Source: Eledone cirrhosa (lineage: Eukaryota). Taken from it: a stretch of DNA of 64,000 bases. The notes beneath the pieces are model-generated. The model ran no database searches. It was not told the DNA's origin and saw only the letters and a list, made by a program, of their open reading frames with translations. The stretch spans positions 174,902,001-174,966,000 of the forward strand of contig OZ024741.1 in the NCBI GenBank assembly GCA_964016885.1, read 5' to 3'. Shown piece by piece: positions 14,919 through 27,000 of the stretch. Made by a program: the position numbers and the translations under genes. Within the stretch, counting starts at the first letter, position 1. Each line of letters opens with the position of its first letter.

Positions 14919-17900
14919 GGCGGCGAATTGGCAGAGTTGTTAGGATGTCGGATAGAATGTTTTGTGGTATTCGTTCTGGCTCTCTGCTCTCTGAGTTCAA
15001 ATCCCACTGAGGTCAACTTTGCCTTTCATCCTTTCAAGGTCGATAAAAAAAAAAACCATTCAACTACTGGGGTTGATTCTTCCTCTATATCTCCTCGCTT
15101 CTTCTCTCACTTTCTATCCTTCTCTGGAAGAAATCTGCTGTACTCAAGTAAAAAACGGGTCTCAGGTTGCAGATAGTGATACGGCCACCAGATATGATGG
15201 CTAGTTGCAATATAAGAGGGCAACTGCCAGACAAATAAGCAACCCCAAACCACCAGTAGTAAACTACTAGGGGAGATGGAGCAATGGGTGACACCTGTAG
15301 CTCCCAAGAAAACTCTCACAACCCAGTGATACAGTTACGATGAGGTGAGTAAAGGCCACCTCTAAAATAGCCTAGTCTTCGCGGGTTTAAGGAATGGGTT
15401 CCGCCAGGTTTAAAATACCCAAGAAACACTGTAAGAGTTACAAGACCATACTATACATGTTATATCTTTTTTCATTATTTTGTAGGTGTTTATGTTGAAG
15501 AAATGTTTGAAATTACAGCCTGTTATTTTCCTATAGATTTTCAACCTGTGAGTATCAATAATATCTTGTAATTTATTGACTTATTTCTTTGCATAGCATG
15601 TTTAGAAAATATTAGTCTAACTCATGCTTGCATGGAAAAAGAACATTGTTTAAATTGGGAGAAAGGGAAAATGGTGTCATATCATACTGGGCTTCTAATT
15701 TGGTTTCTTAGTCTATTAACCCTTTCATTAACCTATCTACAATGAAAGGCTGCCTATATGTTTTTTTTTTTTATTTGTAAATAATCAAGAATTTGGAAGG
15801 GTTTTGTAATATAACTAACATTCTCATTAATAAGATGATCTTTGAAACATAACCAAAGTCCTTACATAAAATTATGACGGAAGGTTTTTAGATAAATATA
15901 AACACTTTAAAACAGTCTTGTATCATAGAACCAGGACAATTTCAGGTGGTTCCATATCAAAAGAGTTAAAATTCTAATACAACACTACTTCAATGCTATA
16001 GCCATAATTGATTTGGGGAAAATTTTCTTTATTTACAGTTGGTTTTTCGGTGCATTGTGTAAGGATTAAGATAATTCGTACATTATCATATTTTCATCAC
16101 TCAGTTCCATTATTGTAGAACTGTAGTCTCTAAACTTATTTTGTCATGGAACCCTTATACAAATTTTCTAAAAACTGTAGAACCTATACTTATATTTTAT
16201 GGACAATTTTTGCTACTCTAATTTTAATAACATATTAAGCAAAAAAAAAAAGTTGTTTTAAAAAGAAGAATTTATTCATATTAAAAAAAAAAACGAACAA
16301 CATTAATCATTTTTTATCAAAGAATTTTAAACATTCAGAAACACAAAAAAATATTAAATTCACTTTACATTTATTCATTTCTTGATGTCAAAATTTGTGT
16401 TGTACTGTTTGCAACCTTATCCCTGGTTGCAAGTCATTTGCTAGACAAGTACAACTCCAAAATGTTCATTAAATTTTATTAGAAGACGCTTTATTATCTC
16501 AGAGAACTCAACATGGGAAAGATTTCTGTAGAATTATTCCATGTTAAATGTGGTAATCTACTTTTTGCCATTACCCCGTTTAATTTCATATTTAACAGTA
16601 TGATTATTGTTTTCAGCCAGCAGATAATCCACATGGTGTTGAAAAGGAAGATTTAGTCATTTGTCTTCGCAAATGTCTAACTGCTACTCCTGAATTTGCT
16701 AAATTTGTACTGCCTCTCTTTCTTGACAAATTATCCTCTGACGTCCCAGATTCTCGAATTGATGCCATGCAAACTTTGGTAAGTCAACAAAATTTGTCTC
16801 CGCATATATAACCTATTAGTTGTGTGACTGTATTTCTAATGAAATACACTCGATTTTGACTAATTAATGAAGACTGTTGATGGATTTATGGTCCTTATAT
16901 AAAATTATGTAGACAGATTGTATTTCAAATAGAAACCCTTTTAACCCTTACATTACTCTATATTTACTATTGTCTTTTCATGGTAAAAGCTTTACCTCAC
17001 ATAATATTGAATCTACAAGATTTTGATATTATTTATTTTGAGAACAATACCTTAACATCAGTATGAGTGGCCGGTTACAGCCAGTTTTAACAGAAAGAGG
17101 TGAGAGAATTCTGGCTGGATATGGCCGGTTTAAATGCTAAAGGGTTAAAATGGGTGGTTTTGTTTCATAGAATGAGAGCTGGTTTGGATTAGTTTAGAAT
17201 GAATAGGGTTAATTACTATACTTCTACTGGAAGACACTGCCTAAAATTTTCAAATCATTTTGAAAATAATCAAGAATTTGGAAAGATTTGGTAATCACCA
17301 TTATCATCATAATTTTTATGTAGACTTTTCCATGTTGGCATGGGTTGTCTTTTTGAAACAATGTTTTACTGCCGGTTGTCCTTCAGGACACTAACCCTTT
17401 TAGTCAATTCTTACAACATGCAGGGATATGGTGTACTTTTTTTAAACTGGATACCCATGGTTAATATAAACCAATTTCCTCAGTTGATGTTTGAAATGTA
17501 GTTTAACAACATTTACTTAAAATTATGATGGAGGGAAGATTACTCTGGTATGGACCAGGTAAACATGTGTCAGGAAATTCTACATGAGGGTAGCAGCAGT
17601 AGAGGAAAACCAAGGAAGACCTAAGCAGAAGTGGTGAGAGCTGATGTCAAACTACTGAGGCTCAAAGTGGGGATGATGAAAGAATGCAATGAACATAGGG
17701 ATGTAAGCATAGAAAAGTAGACGTAAAATGGTGGTAATGTTTTTTTTTTAAGCAGCTGCTTTCTGTTTTTTTGTGTTTGAATCATTGTATTTTTTCTCTT
17801 TTCAGTCTGAGGTTGCCCCTGTGTATGGAGGTGAAGCTCTTAATAATTATTTATCATTAAATGTGCTCTTCTCTATACTCAAAAATGAGGTAAGCATTAA

Positions 17901-20900
17901 CTTTTTTTTTTTTGTTTTTACTGGGAACATGATCCTCATTTATTTTACAATGTTAACATTGATCTAACACCAAAATGGGGGATTAGTAGAACCATTAGAG
18001 CATCATATAAAATGCTTTGCAACATTCCGTTATGACCCATTATATTCAGAATTTAAATCCTACCACGGTCAACTTTGCCATTCATCTTTCTGGGATTGAT
18101 AAAATAAAGTTCCAGTTAAATACTGGGGTTGATTTAATCAGCTTTACCTTCCCCCTCCACAAATTTGTTGGTTTTGTGTCTAAATTAGAAATCAATATTG
18201 ATCTAATTTTGGGAACTTTGCTATAAATCATGAGAGGCTTGTATAATTGATTAAATTGACCCCAGTAACCTTTTAGTGCTTTATTTTATCAATACAGGAC
18301 TGGGCCATCTGTCATAAAAACATAGAAGAAACCTCTTATGAAATGCAGCCTCATGGGAGGCCTGCTAAACTTATGAGGTTTGAGCCATAATAACTCCAAA
18401 ATTAATGGCAATCCATCTGAAATTATTGTATGGTGGCTCCTATTAAAATTTGCCTCCCTACACTTCATGGGCAAAATCTTTGGATATTACCAAGATCAAA
18501 CTTAATTGCTTATGAAGAATTAAGCATGTCTGCACTTACTTTATGGGACAGAATCTTTAGGCAGTACCAAGATTATCAACAGGAATCTCTGACAAAGGAT
18601 TTGTCAACTGCAAACTAGAGATAAAGAGGAAGCAGAGATGGATTAGGAACACACTACATGAACCAGCATTATAAAATAGCTTCTTACATGGAAGCCCCAA
18701 GGACAGTGGCAAAGAAGTTGGCCAAGAATTATTTGGAAGAATGGATGTTTAGGAGGTGGATTACATCTGGGGTAAACTAGAAAGCAGGTTAGGTAGAAAA
18801 AGGTGAAGAATCTCAGTCTAGTAATAAAGGAAGGTCTTCGGGACTGCGTACGGTTTATTTTTTTTTATCCCGTGAGTAAAATAAGTTGGATTACTTTGAA
18901 TAAATAATTGTTTCTACTTTAGGCACAAGGCCAGCAATAACCCAGTACATTACTGGTACTTTATTTTATCGACCCCGTAAGGATGAAAGGCAAAGTTAAC
19001 CTCGGCGGGATTTGAACTCAGACTGTAAAGGGACGTAACTATGTTAGAAAGCATGGCGTCCAACCCTCTACCGATACTGCCAATTCACTGCCCTTACTTT
19101 GAATAAATAATGAATGAATATTACATAATTTATCTACTAATTTTCATAAACAAAAATAATTACGTAAAAATAAATAATTTAAAATTGACTTCTTTTCAAA
19201 GTTGCACTTCCGGTATATCGTTGCCACCACCACCACCACTTCACTACCATATATATAGAAAGAGAGAGTGTGTGATGTCAACACTCCCAGTGGCGATCAC
19301 TTAAATAAACATACTAATTTTCTCTTACTTATTTTCTCCTAATGCAGTTTATATATGATATCGTCTTTTTTTAATGTATCATGGATTACGTTACTGATTA
19401 CATAAGACAGTGTCACAACATCTTTGTTCAATTTCTGTTTATATTGTCAATTACGATTTTATTTGATGTATCATATCTACATGTATATATACTTGCGTAT
19501 AATACACACTACACATGCTAGCAGAAAAACCACCCTTCGGGTGGTTTTTCTGCTAGTGGATATAATGGGTAGAAGAAGAGAAATACTCACACCATTATTC
19601 ATAGTGATGTTCAACACTTAAGTGTCTCTAATCTAGCAAATCTATGATTAGTGGTATTCAAACCATAACCATCCTTCTTTTTTTTTTTGCAGCAACATTC
19701 TACCATAAACTACATTTTTCAATGTTTCTGTTTTTAAGAAACACACATTAACTATAATTTGTTACATATTGTAGTAATATATAGACCGTATATACTCAAA
19801 TATAAGCTGACTCCACTATTTTATGTCTGAGAAATTGACAAAAACATTTATGTAGAATTTGAAGTTGGTTAAAATTGTCAAATATTCACCCCCAAATATA
19901 AGCCCCCTCCCTTCTACCATCAGTATTTTTAGTCACATATTACTCGGCTTAGATTTGAGCGTATATGGTAACTAAGACTGTATACACCTTAACTAGAACA
20001 TAAATAAATCTAAACCAAACATGGGCTATCCACAACCTTAAACAAACAAATCATAATCTCACAATCAACGCTATCCACTAAGCTGTACTGCAGCAACCAT
20101 AAAGTAAATTCAAACACGTTTTTTTAAAACCATACCCTTGTCTTCCCAATAAAACAACAACCAACCTGCCCCAATTACTGGTATGAGCGCGATGGACATA
20201 ATCAGGCTGCAGTTGTCATATTACATAGTTTCTAAATTACTTGGTAGATAATTGTGTCAATAATATAAATTGTAATGTAGATAATTTTGTTGATTATAGA
20301 AACTATTTTGTTCATGAAATTCTTGTAATGGTGTGTAATCTGTTAATGCAGGTGATTTCTGGCAGTAAAGAGGCTCAGGAAGCAGCTTTGAATACAACGC
20401 AAAGTGTAGTATGTACATTATCTGATCAAGTAATTGAGGTAAGTTGTCAACCATGTTCCTTATATTTATTAGGTTACCTTTTAGGTTCTTAGGAATATTT
20501 AAGTCTATTTTGTTACTGTAAAGGGGTAGTGCTGGTGCTATGATACAATACACTTAGGCATTCAGTAAAGTGGTAGTGTTTGTGCCACAATAAAATATAT
20601 CCAGTACTCTTTGTAAAGTAGTAGTACTGGTGCCATGTTAAAATACACCTGGAACTCTCTGTAAAGTGATAGTGCTGGTGTAATGATGAAATGCACCCAG
20701 AACTCTCTGTAAAGTGGTAGTACTGGTGCCATGATAAAATACACCCAGTTTACTCTGCAGTGTGGTTGCTGTTAGAAAGGGCATCCAGATCAGAAACAAT
20801 GTTAAAGTATGGAAAGTATGAGCAAGGCATGGTTTCTTGACTTGTCTAGTCTCAGACCGTAACGACCCTTCCAACCTATGCCGGCATGGAAAGTAGACAT

Positions 20901-22386
20901 AAAATGATTATGATTTGCTTTGTCTGAGGAGGCAGTGTTCACAACCCTTTTTAGGGCTGCCATGACTGGTGGTAGGACATAATGAAGTGATAATCAGATT
21001 GAAGACCTTGTCCAAATGCCTATTCCAAAACTGTAAAAGTCTATTTGACAAGCTTCCACATATTTCCCATCTATATTTCACTCCCAAGGCAGTGAAAGGA
21101 GAAGAAATTTGGCCAAGGTTTTGCACAGTGAAATTGAACCTGAAAACCATGTGGTTGTGAAGTCATGATGATGATCATGATCATTATCACCGTTTAACGT
21201 CAATGTCTCCATGCTAGCATGGGTTAGACTGGTTGTCCTGTTGTGGGCAATGCCAGGTCAGGCATGTCTTGCTCATACAGGACTGATTTTGGCTTGGTTT
21301 CTACAGCTGGATGCCGTTCCTAACACCAACCTCATTAACAGTGAGTACTGGGTACTTTTTTACCGTGGCGCCTACACAACCACTTTACAGTGTGAACTGG
21401 TTGCTTTTTGTTGTGACACCTACACAACCACTTTACGGCGGGAGGGGCATGGGGGCATATAGTCTATATGCTTCAACTTTGGCTTGTACCCGTGGGAACT
21501 CGGATTTTCTGTGAACTTCTTAATCACATATGGGGTTTAGCTGCTAAAAGTTAGAGAGATGGGGTTTAGCTGCAAAAGGTTAAAGGAATGGGGTTTAGTT
21601 GCTAAGAGTTAGAGGGATAGGGTTTAGTGGCTAAGGGTTATAAGGAAGGATGTTTAGTTTCTAAGGGTTAGAGGATGGAGGTTTAACTTCTAAGAGTTAG
21701 AGGGATATGGGTTTACCTGCTAAAGGATTCATAGTAGCAAACCTGGGCCACAAGCAATAATGGTTGTCTGTATGTTGTAAGGTACATGGCCTAGGGGCTG
21801 GGGCTCCTATCATTAGAACACCCAAGAAGCCTATTATGAGATGCAACTCTATAGGAGGCAAACTAACCCTGCATAACTAAATTATATTACAGAGAGTGGC
21901 TTCATTTATACCCCTGTCTCCTCTACCCCAGTCATTTTATTTCAGGCTTCTTGTTCCCCATTGGACTTATTTATATTTCACTCACTGTCTTTTCCATGCA
22001 AGCATGGAAAATAACTGTTAAATGGTGCTGATTATGTTATGTAGTTACTGTCATTCTGTCTATGATCCTTAAACATTTTTTTTTATAATTCCAGGGTGAC
22101 AATGAGGGTCCTTTATATGCCCTCTTGGATTATATTTTAAAAGGTAACTTCTTTTTCTTGCGATTCTTTTTATGCAAAAAAATAAAATGCTGAATTGTGA
22201 TGAGAGAAAATGGAAGTGGGTAATGCATTTGGTAGGAATAAATGATAACAGTTAGGTCAGCTTAGTGGGACAGGTTCATATAGTTAAGAAAAATAGGAGA
22301 CGAAGGGAGAGATGAAATAAGGTGAGTTTTGGGAGTGGACAATGGAAGTGTTATTTATTGTTTCAATGTTAATTGAATATTAAAAT

Positions 22387-22418
<32 letters not shown>

Positions 22419-23696
22419 AAAAACAAAAACAATAAGGAAGAGTGCAGTACAAAGTGTTAGTATTAGGTTCACACATGAGAGTGGGGGGGGGGGTACTGTA
22501 TGTATAATAGGGCTGATTATGAAAACACATATAAAAACATATGGGTAGCCTCACTATCAAAGAAAAATATATTTTTGTAATGAAAAAAATTATTTTTTTG
22601 TTTTCCTCTGTGAATATATCAGAGTTGCCAGTATGGTGACTTCTTCAGTGACTACTTTTGTTGTTACTTTGTGTCTCTCCTTTGTACTGTCTTCCACTCA
22701 TTTATATGTAGATAGCTTCTGGGAGGGCCCTGTAGAAACAGTAGACAGCTTCTGGGAGGGCCCTGTAGAAACAGTAGACAGCTTCTGCTACCTAGGTGAC
22801 CGAATTAGCAATGGAGGTGGGTGCTCAGAAAGTACAATAACTAGGGTAAGAACGGGATGGAAGAAGTTTAGGGAACTACTACCACTGCTAGCTGCAAAAG
22901 GCTTCTCCCTCAGAATGAAAGGCAGACTGTATGATGCGTGTATCCGAACAGCGATGTTGCATGGTAGTGAGACCTGGGCGCTGAAGGTGAAAGACTTACG
23001 TAGATTAGAGAGAAACGAAGCCTGCATGCTCCGATGGATGTGTAACAGTAATATACGTGAACGACAAAGCATAAAGGAATTGAGAGAGAGACTGAGCATA
23101 AGAGGAATCAAATGCTGCGTGCAGGAGAGGCGGTTACGCTGGTATGGACATGTGATGCGTATGAAGGATGACAGCTGCATAAAAAGGTGCAGAGCACTAG
23201 AAGTTGATGGAAACCGCGGAGTGGGGAGACCCAAGATGACTTGGGATGAGGTGATAAAAGCCGACCTTACCCAACTACACCTCTCAAAGACAATGACACA
23301 CGACCGTGACTTCTGGCGTCACGCAGTAATACAGGGTACCCGACCTCCCATGGGTACATGCTGAAGCATATAAACAATATGCCCCCACTCCCCCCACCGC
23401 AAGGTGGTCGTGGAGGTGCCACGGCAAAAAAAAGCACCCAGCCCACACTGTAAAGTGGACGTGTAGGCGCCACGAAAAAGCACCCAGCACTCACTGTAAA
23501 TGAGGTTGGTGTTAGGAAGGGCATCCAGCTGTAGAAATCAAGCCAGATCAGTTCCTGTATGAGCAAGGCATGGTCAGCCGACCAGACACTGCCCACAACA
23601 GGACAACCCGTCTAACCCATGCTAGCGTGGAAGAACGGACGTAAAACGGTGATGATGATGATGATGATGATATATATAACTTTCTCATTTTTTTTC

Positions 23697-23742
<46 letters not shown>

Positions 23743-24039
23743 CATATATATAAATAGAAAAAAAATGAGAAAGTTTCATTTACATATAAAAGATATTTAT
23801 TGTGTATTGACTTGTTATGTGCCTTTCACAGAGGATTGGCTCAAGGTCACCCATAGGAGTTATGGACCTGACTCCACTAACAATCTGCTCCTCAGACTGG
23901 CAATGTGACAAAAAATAGCTTTTATATGTAAATGAAACTTCCTTGTTTCTTTCTGTTATATACACGCCTCCTGTGCATAGAATACTTGCTTTGGTTCCAA
24001 CACCAGTAATTCACTGAACTACCTACACTATATATACAT

Positions 24040-24075
<36 letters not shown>

Positions 24076-27000
24076 GCAGATTTATGTGTGTGTTTGTATA
24101 TATATATATATATATACATTATATGTATATAAATATATATTTCTCTATTTCAGTTTGCAGACTAAATTGCCAACAAGAAGACCAGTTTGTTAACCATACT
24201 AGGCTTCTACATAGTGCTGCTAGGTCGTCAAAAATTGCTGCACTTTACATTCTCCAACAGAAACTACCAGAGCTTTTGGAAATGAATGAGAAAGTGTGCC
24301 AGGTTAGCACAGAACACCCATATCTATTCTAGTTTATTCATTTTTTTTTTTTATGTTGTATTTAGAATTATTATTCGCTGCTAGAACAACTGTTGTGCAA
24401 CATTTATATTATGTTTGTGTTTTGAATTTAAATAATGCATAATTTATATTGAATATGTGAAGGCATGTGGCTTAGTGGTTAGAGCATTGAGCTTGCAATT
24501 GGGAGGTTGTGAGTTTTGATTTTTGGACTGGGTGATTTGTTGTGTCCTTAGGCAAGATACTTTATTTGATGTTCCTCCAGTTCACTCAGCTGTAGAAATG
24601 AGTTGAGACGTCACTGGTGTTGAGCTATATCGGCTATTGCCTTTCCCTTGGACAACATCGGTGGAGAGGGGGACTGGTATGTGTGGGCGATTGCTGGTCT
24701 TCCACAAACAATCTTGCCCGGACTTGTACCTTGGAGGGGAACTTTCTAGGTGCAGATCCCATGGTCATTCATGACCGAAGGGGGTCTTTACCCCCTTTTA
24801 TATAGAGTATAAGCTAAATAGAGGTAGGGTGCCTCTTTAGTCTTGCTGCATCTCTAGTTTTGGTGGCATAAGAAGGGCATCTCACTGTAAAAAAACATGC
24901 TAAAAACAATACGTGTTGCACACCCTACAGATTATGTCTTTTTTTTGTGTGCCAAATGACAAAAGAACACAATATGCAGCAAAAAACTGTGAGATCTGTT
25001 CAACCCATGAAAGCATGGAAATATCAACATTTTCATTTAATGCCTACCTCCTCAAATTCTGTTGTTGCTTACTTGGGTGATAAATATAATTTTAATCTGT
25101 TGTCTGGTTTAACTGCACCATTTGGCTCTTTGTTACCTTTTGCAGAATCCACTATGATAAACTTTCTCATTATTAAAGTGGTATTTCAAACATAGCTTAA
25201 CAAAAGATCTTACATAAAATTTTGACGTGAATACAAACATGATAAAATAAAGAAGACAGTTTGGTATCAAGTTGGTTAAAATATTACAATTAAAAAGATA
25301 AAAAACACACAAACATGCACACACACACACACTAAAAGTGAATTTCATTTATCTCAGCTTATACTTATAATTAGTTAGAAAGTGAGAGAGGAAGAGAGAG
25401 CCTTAATTAATTATTCCACTTTTCTTGTTATATTTTGACAGTCAAACTGGAAGGTTCTTATTCTGAGGTGTATACATGGGTTTCTAGAAGCTACTAAATC
25501 TTTAAGAAATTTATACAATGGTAAGTTGTATTTGTTTAATATTTAAAAAAATATTTTTCTTTTACCTTAACTGCAATTCGCGAATGGACCTCTGTTGGTT
25601 TTGATGATGATTGTTCCAGTTGTTTGATCAATTCTACAAACATGTATCTTTAACCATTTAGCATTTAAACTGGCCGTATCTGGCCAGAATTCTATCACTT
25701 CTTTGTGTTCAAACCGGCTGTAACCGGCTGCTCATACTCATGTTAAGGTATTGTTCTCAAAATAAATACTATCAAAAACTCATAGATTTTATATTGTGTG
25801 AGATAAAGTGTTTACCGAGAAAATATAACAGTATATATAATATAAATGCTAAAGGGTTAACATAGTTTTCAGGGAGATTCTGCATGACACAGTATTACAA
25901 GCCTGGTCCTTTGAATTACAGATACAGTCCATTTAAGGGGCTTCCAAACAGTTTCTGTCTACCCAATTTCACTCACAAGGCTTTGGTGGACTTGAAGCCA
26001 TGGTAAATGACACTTGCTCGAGATACCACATGATGGGATTGAACCTAGGACCTTATAATTTTGAAGCAAACTTTTTAACCATTTGACCATACTGCATTCA
26101 CACTGCTATTCTGGTTAAATAGTATGACTACATTCTTTTCAAATGATTTGGCAATATATACTTTAATAGCTTCAATCATTTAGTGACACAATTTTGGTTA
26201 TTGTAACTGGTTTCATCACATTGTATTTGATGATTTGGAAGGAGAAAAATTGTAACTTGTAATTCTTAGTTACAAATGTATGTGTATGTGTTAGTAATTC
26301 TTATAACAAATTATCAGTATATGTATGTGTGTGTTTATAATTCTAACAAATATGTGTGTGTGTATGCAACGATGCAACGATGCAACTATAGCCAAATGGT
26401 TAAGAAGCTCCAACCAGACAGAGTGACCTGGTGGTGGAACAGCACGGTAGATAGGGCCATTAGAGACAAAATACTAGCATGGAAGGCTTGGAAAAATGGT
26501 GGGAGTAGCTATGAGAGAAGCTAGACGTCAGATGTACTTAGTACGCTGGGAGGCTGATAGTACGAGGTTTGCCAATGTTCTGCGACGGGAAGATCAGAGA
26601 CATGTGGTGTTCCGCATTGCAAGGCAGTGTGTCAGTGCAAATCGGGATGTTGTTGGAGATAAGTGTGTCCGGAATGATGCCGGTGTACTTAGTGTCACGA
26701 ATGATCAGAAAAAGAGGCCTGGAAATGTCATTATGAGAGACTGATGAATGTGGAGAACGAATGGAGAGAGAAATTACCCCCAGTAGGTCTGATAGAGAGA
26801 CCAGCTATTGAGATTGACGAATATAGGGTACAAGAAGCAATTAAGGAAATGAAAAATGGTAAGGCTGCTGGACCGTCGGGGATAGTTGCTGAGATGCTGA
26901 GGGCACCAGGGGATGTAGGCACTAAACTGGTTGCACACATCATAAATCAGGCTATATATGGCGGTGTCATACCCAAAGACTGGTGCAGCAGTATTCTCAT

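Noticed and set aside
22633-22701. Signal-peptide-like N-terminus fused in frame to the RTE ORF (243 aa)
   Set aside because: T-rich intronic flank gives hydrophobic codons by chance; the twin copy lacks it and there is no evidence of expression.
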